Shown here: positions 9,687 through 19,630 of the stretch, one piece after another | Numbering within the stretch: the stretch's first letter is position 1 | How the letters are laid out: each line of letters begins with the position of its first letter | Notes under the pieces: model-generated | Told to the model about the DNA's origin: nothing | Databases searched by the model: none | What the model saw: only the letters and a program-made list of their open reading frames with translations | Made by a program: the position numbers and the translations under genes | Origin: Bacteroidales bacterium | Lineage (GTDB): Bacteria > Bacteroidota > Bacteroidia > Bacteroidales > UBA4181 | DNA length: 64,000 nt | Assembly: GCA_031547085.1 (NCBI GenBank) | Contig: JAVBSH010000128.1 | Span: 39,632 to 103,631, forward strand | Direction: 5' to 3'

Positions 9687-10640
9687 ATGAAAATTTATTA
9701 CTTACTTTTTTGCTGGCTGGTTTGCTTTGGAACGCCCGATTTATTCGCGCAAAGGATAACCGCCGAAGAATATATCAATACCTATAAGGATTTAGCGATT
9801 TTGGAAATGAACCGGAGCGGTATTCCCGCCAGTATCACACTGGCGCAGGGAATGCTTGAATCGGGCAATGGAAATAGCCGCTTAGCGGTCAAAGCCAATA
9901 ATCATTTCGGGATCAAGTGCCACGGATGGGATGGCACCGAAATTTATCATGACGACAACGAAAAGGATGAATGTTTCCGCCATTACAGGACAGCCCAGGA
10001 ATCGTACCTCGACCATACCGATTTTCTGATGACCCGTAGTCGGTATGCTTTTCTTTTTGAATATAAATCAACCGATTACAAAAGCTGGGCAAGAGGATTG
10101 CGTAAAGCAGGTTATGCCACTGATCCCAATTATCCGCAACGGCTCATCGACCTGATCGAACGTTATGATCTACATCAATATGATGAGGGTGTGAAATTCC
10201 GTAAAAAACCGGTTGTCACAACAAAAATCGGAAAAACAACAGAAAAAGGTAAATCCACAGATGATTTTATTTCCATCAGTGTCGATAAATACCCGGTGAG
10301 AACAAACAACAGAACGGATTATATCATGGCCAAAGCAGGCGATACCTACGCTTCGCTAACCAAGGATCTGGAAATGATGCCCTGGCAGTTGCCGAAATAC
10401 AATGAAATACAAACTACTAAATCGTTATACGAAGGACAGGTGATATACGTGCAACCCAAACGACGCAAGGCCGAGAGAGGTAAAGACACCCATGTGGCAC
10501 AAGAAGGGGAGACGATGCATGATATATCGCAGAAATATGCGATCAAGTTACCGCGGTTGTACACTTTAAATCGTATGGAGGAAGGATCACAGCCTCAAGC
10601 TGGCGAAGTATTAAATTTACGGAAAAAGAAGAAAAAGTAA
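9687..10640 (+). CDS. Glucosaminidase (N-acetylglucosaminidase/muramidase-like) domain protein with two LysM repeats
   Basis: Signal peptide ...DLFA|Q. IPASITLAQGMLESGNGNSRLAVKANNHFGIKC is the glucosaminidase domain signature. Two LysM-like blocks follow (YIMAKAGDTYASLTKDL..., HVAQEGETMHDISQKYAIKL...). Confidence 0.8.
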   Translation: MKIYYLLFCWLVCFGTPDLFAQRITAEEYINTYKDLAILEMNRSGIPASITLAQGMLESGNGNSRLAVKANNHFGIKCHGWDGTEIYHDDNEKDECFRHYRTAQESYLDHTDFLMTRSRYAFLFEYKSTDYKSWARGLRKAGYATDPNYPQRLIDLIERYDLHQYDEGVKFRKKPVVTTKIGKTTEKGKSTDDFISISVDKYPVRTNNRTDYIMAKAGDTYASLTKDLEMMPWQLPKYNEIQTTKSLYEGQVIYVQPKRRKAERGKDTHVAQEGETMHDISQKYAIKLPRLYTLNRMEEGSQPQAGEVLNLRKKKKK

Positions 10641-10644
10641 TAGG

Positions 10645-12426
10645 ATGTTTTGTTTTAAGAGTTTCGGGTTTGCCTGCGGCGAGCTGACGGTTCGGGTTTG
10701 TTTTTTGTTTTTAACACTTTCTCTTTCTATTTTTAATGCCAGCGCACAACAGCAGAAAGATACGATCTTTCGCCAGCCGTTGAATCTTCCGGTTGCACTT
10801 GCCGGAACCTTTGCCGAGTTGCGTTCAAATCATTTCCATTCGGGCATTGATTTCCGGACACAAGGCTCCATCGGACACAAGGTTTATGCATGCGAACAAG
10901 GTTATGTGTCTCGGATTTCCGTTTCTCCGGGTGGATATGGAAACGCATTGTATATCACACATCCCAACGGATACACAACCGTTTACGGGCATTTGAATAA
11001 TTTTAACGAAGAAATTACGGCTTATGTCAAGCAACAACAATACAAACGGGAACAATTTTCTATCGCCATATACCCTGACTCCACCCGTCTTCCGGTAAAA
11101 CGAGGCGAAATTGTCGCTTTTTCGGGAAATACAGGAGGTTCGAGCGGCCCCCACCTGCATTTCGAGGTGCGTGATACAAAAACGGAAAACATCATCAATC
11201 CCCTATTATTCGGATTCGGCGTGAAAGATAACATTGCCCCGATCATACGACGTCTGGCTGTTTATCCCATTGGCAAAGGCAGTACAGTCAATGGTTCAAC
11301 TGATAAATTAATTCTGGATTTGGAGAAAGTCGGGAAAAGTTATCGTATCGCTGGAAACAAGAAACTAAAAATCAATGGGAAGGTAGCTTTTGGTATCGAC
11401 ACACACGACCAGAGCTATGGTTCGGTCAACCGATGCGGGCCATACGGCATAAAGCTATGGGTAGACAGTTCCCTGATGTTTTCCCAGACTATGGATCAGT
11501 TTTCATTTGATGAATCGCGTTACATCAACAGCCTGATTGATTATGAGTACTACATGAAGGAACATGTCCGGTTTAACCGCCTGTATATCGAACCGAATAA
11601 TCAGCTAAGCATGTATGACCACAATGTTGACAGGGGGATCGTATCATTTCCCGACTCTGCCGAACACAAGGGCCTGATAGTGGTACGCGACCTGCATGGT
11701 AATAATTCCAGGCTGAACTTTGTATTCAGCTATGTACCGGATAAGACAGCTCAGGCACCATCCGCGTATTTACGTGAATTAGTTGTTTTTCCTGACTTCT
11801 TGACAACGGCTTACAAGAAAGAATTCGTATATAGCCAGCAAGGTATCAGGGTCGTAATCCCTGCCGATGCGCTTTATGATGATATTGATTTCAAATACAG
11901 TTCTTCAAAAAAAACCAAGGGGTTATATTCGGATATATATTGTATCCATGATCCGTACACACCTTTGCATAAAGCCATGACCATTGAAATTGCCGCCGAC
12001 AGCCTTCCTGAATGTCTATACAGCAAAGCATTAATTGTACAGGTCGACAACGGAGGAAGGTCAAATGCTGGCGGGATATATCAAAACGGTGTTGTAAGAA
12101 CCGAATCAAGGTCATTTGGATGTTATGCCATTGGTGTTGACACTATTCCTCCACGCATCACACCCATCAACATCAAAAACGGGGCTAACTTGCGGGGCGT
12201 AAAAAACATTCGATTCAAAATCAGGGATGATTTTTCGGGTATCAATTCATACATAGGCCACATCGATGGAGTGTGGGTGCTTTTTGAATATGATGCTAAA
12301 AACGATCTGATATTTTATGACTTCGACGCTGAACGCATCGCCCAAAACACCCAGCACACACTCGAACTGAAAGTAACAGACAACAAAGGAAATACAACCG
12401 AATACTCGGCAAAATTTACTTGGTAA
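10645..12426 (+). CDS. M23 family metallopeptidase
   Basis: HFHSGIDFRT...YGNALYITHPNGYTTVYGHL...GNTGGSSGPHLHFEVRD contains the HxxxD and HxH LytM/M23 active-site motifs. It starts 4 nt after the preceding glucosaminidase gene. Confidence 0.8.
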   Translation: MFCFKSFGFACGELTVRVCFLFLTLSLSIFNASAQQQKDTIFRQPLNLPVALAGTFAELRSNHFHSGIDFRTQGSIGHKVYACEQGYVSRISVSPGGYGNALYITHPNGYTTVYGHLNNFNEEITAYVKQQQYKREQFSIAIYPDSTRLPVKRGEIVAFSGNTGGSSGPHLHFEVRDTKTENIINPLLFGFGVKDNIAPIIRRLAVYPIGKGSTVNGSTDKLILDLEKVGKSYRIAGNKKLKINGKVAFGIDTHDQSYGSVNRCGPYGIKLWVDSSLMFSQTMDQFSFDESRYINSLIDYEYYMKEHVRFNRLYIEPNNQLSMYDHNVDRGIVSFPDSAEHKGLIVVRDLHGNNSRLNFVFSYVPDKTAQAPSAYLRELVVFPDFLTTAYKKEFVYSQQGIRVVIPADALYDDIDFKYSSSKKTKGLYSDIYCIHDPYTPLHKAMTIEIAADSLPECLYSKALIVQVDNGGRSNAGGIYQNGVVRTESRSFGCYAIGVDTIPPRITPINIKNGANLRGVKNIRFKIRDDFSGINSYIGHIDGVWVLFEYDAKNDLIFYDFDAERIAQNTQHTLELKVTDNKGNTTEYSAKFTW

Positions 12427-12461
12427 TATTTCATTTAGTGATGTCCCAGTCCGTGTTAATG

Positions 12462-12492
12462 CGTTTGTAACGCCTGGTATGTGTTACAAACG
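12462..12492 (+). terminator. Hairpin downstream of the M23 peptidase gene (possible terminator)
   Basis: CGTTTGTAAC (12462-12471) / GTTACAAACG (12483-12492) form a 10-bp perfect stem with an 11-nt loop, 36 nt after the stop. No U-tract follows. Confidence 0.35.
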
Positions 12493-12647
12493 TGAGTCAG
12501 TGTCTTTCCGAGTTAAAAGAATATGGCAAGTTTTTACTCTTCAAATTGTCAACATTTGCTCCCGCAGATCATCGCAGAAGAATGAATAAGTCTGAGTGAT
12601 TAGTAGGGTAATGATCACATCAGAAGATGTTTGATCAATCTCCTAAT

Positions 12648-12678
12648 AAAAAAACCGGGATCATGTCCCGGTTTTTTT
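12648..12678. terminator. Bidirectional rho-independent terminator
   Basis: AAAAAAACCGGGA-TCATG-TCCCGGTTTTTTT: a 7-bp GC-rich stem flanked by an A-run and a T-run, between convergent M23 and secDF. Confidence 0.8.
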
Positions 12679-12698
12679 ATTCCTTTATGACTTTTTTA

Positions 12699-15600
12699 TC
12701 AAGCCTTGATTTTCTTTTCGTCCCTATGTTTCTTAAAGTTGATCAAGTCGTATACAATCGGAGCGGCATTGAATACCGACGAATACGTACCAACCGCAAT
12801 ACCAACCAACATGGCAAACGAGAATCCTCGAATCATTTCACCGCCGAAAATACAGATAATCAGCAACACGAACATGGTAGTGAGTGAAGTATTCATGGTA
12901 CGACCCAACGTGCTGTTGATAGCAGAGTTGTATAACTCCCTCATCGGGCGTTTGGGGTACAATCCCACATACTCACGGATACGGTCAAAGATAATCACCG
13001 AGTCGTTGATAGAGTAGCCTATAACGGTAAGAATCGCTGCAATGAAGTTCTGGTCGATTTCGAGCGAGAAAGGCACCACCTTCCACAGCAGCGAGTACAT
13101 GCCGATCATGATGACGGAGTCGTGAAACAACGAGATCACCGCAGCCAAACCGAACTGCCAGTTACGAAACCTGATAAAAATATACAGGAAGATAACCACC
13201 AGTGACAAGAGTACGGCAATGACGGCATTGCGCTTAATATCATCAGCAATGCTGGCACCCACTTTTTGCGTGTTCATCAGGTTATCGGTGCGGAATTGTT
13301 CCAAGGTAGTACCTTGCGCCAACAAGTATTTCGCACCGTCGAATAGGCGAACTTCCACTATACTGTCAATGTTATGCCTGAATTCGGGATTTTGGTCTTC
13401 TTCCATCAAATAGTCAGTGGTAATTTTTACCTGATTGTCCGAACCGAAAGTTTTCACTTCGGGCATGTTTTCATCAAAAGATTTACGCAACGACGATTGT
13501 AGTTCCACTGTATTCACCGGCGCAGCAAATCGAACGGTGTAGCTACGCCCCCCGGTAAAATCAATGCCATAATTAAATCCCTGAACAATGATGGATACCA
13601 TCCCAATACCAATCACAACAAGCGAAACAACATATAGTTTCCTACGGACACCAATAAAGTCAAACTTAGCATTGCGGAAAATATTTTCAGTGGCGGGAAC
13701 CGAGAATTTGATCGTTTTACCGCTATCCAGCAACCGTTCAAAAATCAAACGGGAAATGAAAATAGAACAGAATAACGAAGTGAGGATACCGAGTACCAAC
13801 GTGGTAGCAAAACCCTGAATAGGACCTGTCCCGAAAAAGAACAATACCAAACCGGTAAGGAATGTTGTGACATTACCGTCGATGATGGCAGAGTAAGCAT
13901 GCTTGTACCCGTCGGACACGGCAAGCCGTATCCCTTTTCCCGCTCGGAGTTCTTCGCGTATTCGCTCAAAGATGATGATATTCGCGTCATCGGCCATACC
14001 GAGTGTTAACACGATACCGGCAATACCGGGCAATGTAAGTACGGCCCCTAGCGAAGCCAGTACACCCATCAGGAAGAACATATTCACAAATAAGGCTGCA
14101 TCGGCGACAAGACCGGCACTGTTGTAATAAAAAGCAAGGTAGATCAATACCACGACCAAAGCCATGATAAACGACATGAAACCAGCACGGATCGATTCTT
14201 TACCTAATGTAGGACCAACCACTTCGTCCTGGATAATGCTTGCCTTGGCGGGAAGTTTACCCGATTTGAGGATGTTTGCAAGGTCAGTAGCTTCGTTGAT
14301 GGTAAAATTACCGGTGATTTGCGAATTACCGCCCGTTATTTCACCATTAACTTTTGGGGAAGAATATACGTTATTGTCCAACACGATGGCGATGGAACGG
14401 CCGATATTTTCCTTGGTCATGCGTGCCCAGGTCTGCGAACCGTCCCTGTTCATCTGCATCGATACTTCGGCTGACGAACCGCCACGCTGGTTAAAGTCGG
14501 CGTTTGCGCCGGTGATTACGTCCCCGCTGAGCGGCGGACGGCCATCACGACCAGTTTCCTTAATGGCATGCAACTCGAACAGGTCGGTTTCCTTACCGGT
14601 CTGTGGATTTTTGAAAGGTTTCACACCCCACAGGAACTTGACATCGCGGGGGAATAACTCGCGCACTTGCGGCATCGACAGATAACGGTTAACCTTTGCA
14701 GTATCCTTTATTGCCGCCATCCCAATGGTAGAACCGGGCATAAGTTGATTCTGAGATGCCTGGGGATTCAATACCGAAAACAAGGGGTAGCTTTTCGCCT
14801 GATCGCTTTGTAGCAATGCAGTACTATCTTTGGCTGGGGATTCCTGCGATAATCGTTCGAGCAGGTCTGCTTCTTTTGTTGTGTCCGGCTTAGCGGCAGC
14901 TTGCACATCCGGAGCCGGTTCGCTCTTCGCCGGATCAGTTGTTGTACCGGCTACTGTTTCCAATTCCCTTATTTTCTCATTGGCTTGTACCAAATAAGGA
15001 TAAATTTCAGAGTTTTCGTAGGTTTCCCAAAACTCCAGGTTAGCCGATCCTTGCAACAGTTTACGTACACGTTCGGGTTCTTTCACACCGGGTAATTCAA
15101 CCAAAATGCGTCCTTTGGTTTCCAGTTGCTGGATGTTGGGTTGAACTACGCCAAACTTATCGATCCTGGTACGGATAATATTAAAAGCATTGTCGATAGC
15201 ACTGTTCGATTCACTGCGCAATACGCGGAGCACTTCTTCATTGGAAGCGTCAAATTTGATTTTATCCCCTAATTCGGGAGTACGAAAAACAGCTGCTAAT
15301 TTTGCATTCGGGTCAATTTCACGGAAAGCCCTGCCGAAAAGCGTAATATAGTCATCCTGACTGTTGGCCTGCATTTGTGTAGCACGGGTGAGCGCTTGCT
15401 GGAAAGTAGGATCGGGATTGTAGTTGGACAATGCCTTGATGACATCGGCTACCGAAACTTCCAGAATCACGTTCATACCACCTTTCAAGTCAAGACCTAG
15501 GTTGATTTCGCGTTCCTTACATTCCTTATATGTATATTTACGTAGGCCTACAAAGTTATACACCACTTCATTGGATATTGAATCCAGGTATTGGGCTTCC

Positions 15601-15734
15601 TTGTCGTAATCGCCACCCGAAAACCTTTTGGCTTCTTTCTCAATAGTCCATGTTTTCCATGTAAATAACAATTGATACAGGCACACTAACGCCATAGCAA
15701 TGGCAAATGCCCTGATAATTCCTCTATTACGCAT
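12699..15734 (-). CDS. secDF: Protein translocase subunit SecDF (fused)
   Basis: 1011 aa. An N-terminal TM and large periplasmic domain are followed by two 6-TM bundles (LGLDLKGGMNVILEV, GIDFTGGRSYTVRF, IGYSINDSVIIFDRIRE), typical of Bacteroidetes SecDF fusions. Confidence 0.95.
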   Translation of the reverse strand: MRNRGIIRAFAIAMALVCLYQLLFTWKTWTIEKEAKRFSGGDYDKEAQYLDSISNEVVYNFVGLRKYTYKECKEREINLGLDLKGGMNVILEVSVADVIKALSNYNPDPTFQQALTRATQMQANSQDDYITLFGRAFREIDPNAKLAAVFRTPELGDKIKFDASNEEVLRVLRSESNSAIDNAFNIIRTRIDKFGVVQPNIQQLETKGRILVELPGVKEPERVRKLLQGSANLEFWETYENSEIYPYLVQANEKIRELETVAGTTTDPAKSEPAPDVQAAAKPDTTKEADLLERLSQESPAKDSTALLQSDQAKSYPLFSVLNPQASQNQLMPGSTIGMAAIKDTAKVNRYLSMPQVRELFPRDVKFLWGVKPFKNPQTGKETDLFELHAIKETGRDGRPPLSGDVITGANADFNQRGGSSAEVSMQMNRDGSQTWARMTKENIGRSIAIVLDNNVYSSPKVNGEITGGNSQITGNFTINEATDLANILKSGKLPAKASIIQDEVVGPTLGKESIRAGFMSFIMALVVVLIYLAFYYNSAGLVADAALFVNMFFLMGVLASLGAVLTLPGIAGIVLTLGMADDANIIIFERIREELRAGKGIRLAVSDGYKHAYSAIIDGNVTTFLTGLVLFFFGTGPIQGFATTLVLGILTSLFCSIFISRLIFERLLDSGKTIKFSVPATENIFRNAKFDFIGVRRKLYVVSLVVIGIGMVSIIVQGFNYGIDFTGGRSYTVRFAAPVNTVELQSSLRKSFDENMPEVKTFGSDNQVKITTDYLMEEDQNPEFRHNIDSIVEVRLFDGAKYLLAQGTTLEQFRTDNLMNTQKVGASIADDIKRNAVIAVLLSLVVIFLYIFIRFRNWQFGLAAVISLFHDSVIMIGMYSLLWKVVPFSLEIDQNFIAAILTVIGYSINDSVIIFDRIREYVGLYPKRPMRELYNSAINSTLGRTMNTSLTTMFVLLIICIFGGEMIRGFSFAMLVGIAVGTYSSVFNAAPIVYDLINFKKHRDEKKIKA

Positions 15735-15897
15735 TTGTATCTTTCTTTAAATGTATGAGTTCAAATTAAAAAATTGAGCGCAAATATATAGTTTTTTTTA
15801 AAGCTAACGACAAACAATATGATATTTAAAGTAAAAAGGAGAATGGGAAAGGAGAAAATCCTGTTCAGGTATTCGTAGTTAGCACGCCATAGGAAGA

Positions 15898-16668
15898 TTA
15901 TACCGTTAGAAAATCAGCATCTCCTTTGAATGAATGTAACGAAACATCCGTTCCGTCAAAAACAGCATAAGTTTGACTCTCTATCCACTCACCGGTATTG
16001 ATATAGCGGCTGTTTTCGCCCAGACGCATATCCATTGCAAGATGGCGATGCCCGAAAACGAAAAAATCATAATGTTTTCCGGAAAGTTGCCGGCGGGCAT
16101 ACATGGCAATCTCTTCCCTGCCTATCCCTTCAAATGGTTCGTATAAACCACGGCGGGCACGGCTGTTTCTCGACCAATTTTTCCCGAAAGCAATTCCCCA
16201 GAAGGGATGAAGCATGGCATACATCATCCGCAGGAACTTGCTGCCGAAAGCCATATTGAGCATCCGTTCAATAAAACCCTCGGAACCGACATCATGCCCG
16301 TGCCCAACCAAGAATCGTTTACCATTGAGGTCAAATTCGGTCGGTTTCCTGTATATCTCAATATTCATTTCGTAAGGCAGGTAGTTGCGAATCCACTGGT
16401 CATGGTTGCCTGTAAAAAAGTATATCGGGATGCCATTATCGGTCAGTTCGGCCAATTTACCCAATAAGCGCACAAAACCACGGGGAACCACATGCCTGTA
16501 TTCGAACCAGAAATCGAACATATCGCCCAATAAAAAAATGGCTTCGGCATCGGTTTTCACCATGTCGAGCCATTTCACAAAATCCAGTTCCCGGCGGCGA
16601 CTTACCTCATCGGGCGCCATCGTCAGGTGCAGGTCGGATGCAAAATATATTTTTTTATTCGGTGACAA
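15898..16668 (-). CDS. lpxH: UDP-2,3-diacylglucosamine diphosphatase (LpxH-type calcineurin-like phosphoesterase)
   Basis: IYFASDLHL, LLGDMFDFW, GNHD and GHGH metallophosphoesterase motifs occur in LpxH order and spacing. It overlaps the upstream gene by 14 nt. Confidence 0.75.
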   Translation of the reverse strand: MSPNKKIYFASDLHLTMAPDEVSRRRELDFVKWLDMVKTDAEAIFLLGDMFDFWFEYRHVVPRGFVRLLGKLAELTDNGIPIYFFTGNHDQWIRNYLPYEMNIEIYRKPTEFDLNGKRFLVGHGHDVGSEGFIERMLNMAFGSKFLRMMYAMLHPFWGIAFGKNWSRNSRARRGLYEPFEGIGREEIAMYARRQLSGKHYDFFVFGHRHLAMDMRLGENSRYINTGEWIESQTYAVFDGTDVSLHSFKGDADFLTV

Positions 16669-17824
16669 GAAAGAGTTCGTCCAGTTTCTTATTCAGCGCT
16701 TCTCCTTTCAAACCTTTGGAGATAATTGAACCATCCTTGTCTATCAGGAAACTAGTGGGGATTGTTTCTACGCCATATTCCTTTACGATTTCCGAATCCC
16801 AAAATTTGAAATCGCACACATTTGTCCACGGCAAACCATCTTCCTTAATTGCGCGTTCCCACGGCGATCTGGATTGATCGAGCGAAACCTGGAACACATC
16901 AAATCCCCGGTTACGGTATGTATTATATGTGTTCAGCAGGTTGACATTTTCCGTGCGGCATTCGGGACTCCATGACGCCCAGAAATCAAGCAGGACATAT
17001 TTCCCTTTGAGCGATGACAGTTTTTTGATCTGCCCGTCGGGTGATTGTAATGCAATCTCTGGCGCATCACGCCCCAGCATCGACAACATCCGGTTGAGTT
17101 TTTTGATGCGGTACTGTTCATTCATTTCGATCACATTGGCATGCAACGACTTTACAAACGGTACTTCCGGGTAACGTTTAAAGAATATAGAATCGGCTAC
17201 GCGGAAATACTTAATATCTTCTTCGTGACTGAACAAGAATATATTAGGCGCTAATTGCTGATACAAAGCGTAAATCACAACCAACGACTGGGGATTCTGA
17301 TTGATAAAACGGATATTGTAAGCACGTAAGCTATCGACTTCATTGATATAATTCCATTCAAATTGGCGTTGTATGTTCACGAAATTACGGTTTCCGATGA
17401 ATTTCTGAAGCGTTTTGTCAAGCGAATCACCCACAAATACCGTGTGATCCAGTCGTTGGCTCAAGCGACGGATATTTTTTGAATCCTCGCTTCCTTCCAC
17501 ATTGTAGGTTACCGGAAGGTGACGGGCATCGCCGCTAAGAACAACTTTTTCGCCCGGACGGACCAATATCGTGACAATTTTATCATTGACAGTCAAAGAG
17601 TAGAAAGTAGGCTGGCTTATTTTTTGTTTAAATGCAAAATATCCTTTTGCATCTATCCGCATAGAGTCTTTGGCCGCGACCTTCCCGCCTACGCCCAATT
17701 CCCGGAAATATATCATCTCAGTATTGGTTCCGTTCAGGGTACCTTTGACCTGGATGGTTTTCTCCTTGCTACAACCAGCTAATACAAAAACCAAAACGGC
17801 AATAAGAGTAAAGAAATTCTTCAT
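16655..17824 (-). CDS. TlpA/AhpC-TSA-like thioredoxin-fold lipoprotein with degenerate SxxC active site
   Basis: Lipoprotein signal MKNFFTLIAVLVFVLAGC. The C-terminal thioredoxin fold reads KYVLLDFWASWSPECR, with codon AGT (Ser) where paralog 53147-54271 has WCRPC. Confidence 0.75.
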   Translation of the reverse strand: MKNFFTLIAVLVFVLAGCSKEKTIQVKGTLNGTNTEMIYFRELGVGGKVAAKDSMRIDAKGYFAFKQKISQPTFYSLTVNDKIVTILVRPGEKVVLSGDARHLPVTYNVEGSEDSKNIRRLSQRLDHTVFVGDSLDKTLQKFIGNRNFVNIQRQFEWNYINEVDSLRAYNIRFINQNPQSLVVIYALYQQLAPNIFLFSHEEDIKYFRVADSIFFKRYPEVPFVKSLHANVIEMNEQYRIKKLNRMLSMLGRDAPEIALQSPDGQIKKLSSLKGKYVLLDFWASWSPECRTENVNLLNTYNTYRNRGFDVFQVSLDQSRSPWERAIKEDGLPWTNVCDFKFWDSEIVKEYGVETIPTSFLIDKDGSIISKGLKGEALNKKLDELFLVTE

Positions 17825-17881
17825 CTACAAATGTGTTTTAAAAATCGAAGCTCTATATGTGCTGATATAAAAACAAATACA

Positions 17882-17925
17882 GGCTATAGAAATCCATCCT
17901 TCCCGAAGGCTGTAAGTCTATAGCC
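17882..17925 (-). terminator. Hairpin downstream of recO (possible terminator)
   Basis: GGCTATAGA (17882-17890) / TCTATAGCC (17917-17925) form a 9-bp stem with an inner CCTT/AAGG helix. On the minus strand it is followed by the T-rich CTGTATTTGTTTTTAT. Confidence 0.4.
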
Positions 17926-17986
17926 GGTTTCGTAACTACTATTAACATACATTAACAAAAACCGCACCAAAAATATATCAAATTTA

Positions 17987-18709
17987 TCAATCTTGAAAAA
18001 CATTTCGTAATACAGGAAACGATTTCATTTTTCCGAAACTATCTACATGCATCGAATAATAGCCTAAAAGGTATTCGGTAAGATAATTCCTTTGATGATG
18101 ATTGATTTGCAAACTATCCAAATGTTCAAACGACATCCCGAGCAGCTGCCTCAGCAGGAGGTTATATTCCGGAAAAGGCGACGAAACCGTTGGTATCACC
18201 ACAAAATCACCCCGTCGCAAATCGAAGTATGTATCTTCTGACGATTGTTCCGTATTGGGATAAAAACCAAGATAGCGGGTATAGTGCACTAGAAACATCA
18301 GGTGAAAATTAGCGGTACCGTTGTCGTTCAAGTCAAGTGTTTGGATGGTGTGCAGCAGGAAATCGAACAGCCCGGGATTCGATTCTTCCTCTTTGAGCGT
18401 TTTATGGAGAAGTTCGGCAATGAACAAGGCAACACAGTTTTTCACCGGATCAAAGGGGATACTTTGCGGCGGGTAAATCATCTGCACATTCGATATCCGT
18501 TGCATTTGCCGGTTGGTACGGTGGTGTAGGTCGACCTCGATAAGATGCAACGGCTGGAACAGAACAGCCCGTACTTGCGATTTCTTACTGAAAGCGCCTT
18601 TTACGAAAACAGTTTGCCGCCCTGCATATTCGGTATACAAATGGACAATTAAATTGCTATCCCCATAGCGGAGATGGTTCAATACAATGGCTCGGGTATT
18701 GGCAATCAA
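17987..18709 (-). CDS. recO: DNA repair protein RecO
   Basis: 240 aa. The N-terminal OB-fold-like RAIVLNHLRYGDSNLIVHLYTEYAGRQTVFVKGA is typical of Bacteroidetes RecO. Confidence 0.85.
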   Translation of the reverse strand: MIANTRAIVLNHLRYGDSNLIVHLYTEYAGRQTVFVKGAFSKKSQVRAVLFQPLHLIEVDLHHRTNRQMQRISNVQMIYPPQSIPFDPVKNCVALFIAELLHKTLKEEESNPGLFDFLLHTIQTLDLNDNGTANFHLMFLVHYTRYLGFYPNTEQSSEDTYFDLRRGDFVVIPTVSSPFPEYNLLLRQLLGMSFEHLDSLQINHHQRNYLTEYLLGYYSMHVDSFGKMKSFPVLRNVFQD

Positions 18710-18762
18710 GGCTTTTTATGATAAAAACAAGGATGCTACTTTTGATATTGACTGCAAAAATA

Positions 18763-18807
18763 CCAAAAAACAAAATAAAAAGCGCGTGCTTGATCACAAA
18801 CACGCGC
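18763..18807 (-). terminator. Rho-independent terminator ending the ECF-sigma operon
   Basis: The minus strand reads GCGCGTG-TTTGTGATCAAG-CACGCGC followed by TTTTTATTTTGTTTTTTGG, 29 nt after the stop of 18836..19630. Confidence 0.8.
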
Positions 18808-18835
18808 CAAATGGTCTTTAGCCTAATGAATATTA

Positions 18836-19630
18836 TCAATCAATATTAAACGTCACCCCAATAGTCATCCGGGGCAATTCAACAGGAATCACCTCCTTGT
18901 TGAAAACATCAGTAAACCGGTAATGAGCATGCACCTCGAACCACCCAAACCCAATGCCTGCAAAAGCGCTTGCCGTAAACGGATTAAAAGCGTAACCATT
19001 CCGGTATTTATTTTTAATGGAATAATCGCCGGTTTCCAATTTCGACTTATAGAATCGTCCGTATGACCATTCGCCCTGAACCCCGGCGTCTATGTACACC
19101 CCGTCGGAATTGGGACGCGAACGGTTGCCCGGAAAGATATAGAACCGGTTAAAAACACCCACTCCAAGGTTATTGCTGCGGAATACTTCTTTGTACGGTT
19201 CGGTCGCTGCACCAATCATAGGCTCCGATGCATCCTTCAACCTGTAGTTGTAGAAGGCATATTGCCCCGTCACCCCAATCCCGTACCAACGCGTAGGATG
19301 GAAGCAATAGCGGTAACCCGTATTGAACTGGTACGATTTGCCACTGTATATTTTCAGGTAATCGGCGCCGTTATCGGGAAGCATAAACTCCAACCCGATA
19401 TACCAAGAGGATGTGTGGTAGCGCCTTCTGGGCTTATACTCCTCCTTGTCTTTTTTACGCGTAATTACCGTTTTCGTGCGATCATTGATATCAATTTGCA
19501 CAATGGTGTCATTACCTTCCGTACTTTTCCTGACGGAAAATTCCAGATTACCGATTTTCACCCGCTGCTGGGCCAGTGAAATGCATAAAGGCAAGCAAAT
19601 AAGAAAAATAAAGATAAATATTTTTTTCAT
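18836..19630 (-). CDS. Hypothetical secreted protein, probable outer-membrane beta-barrel (paralog A)
   Basis: Signal peptide ...CISLA|QQ. The composition alternates aromatic and Gly-rich segments. It is clearly paralogous to 19731..20528 (shared ...AHYRFTDVFNKEVIP..L...IG..F C-terminus, YIG(L/V)(E/S)FM(L/V)P, FYNYR(L/M)KD). Confidence 0.5.
   Translation of the reverse strand: MKKIFIFIFLICLPLCISLAQQRVKIGNLEFSVRKSTEGNDTIVQIDINDRTKTVITRKKDKEEYKPRRRYHTSSWYIGLEFMLPDNGADYLKIYSGKSYQFNTGYRYCFHPTRWYGIGVTGQYAFYNYRLKDASEPMIGAATEPYKEVFRSNNLGVGVFNRFYIFPGNRSRPNSDGVYIDAGVQGEWSYGRFYKSKLETGDYSIKNKYRNGYAFNPFTASAFAGIGFGWFEVHAHYRFTDVFNKEVIPVELPRMTIGVTFNID

Noticed and set aside
12706-15609. Multiple 60-170-aa plus-strand ORFs within secDF
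   Set aside because: They are antisense to a 1011-aa gene with unmistakable SecD/SecF features.
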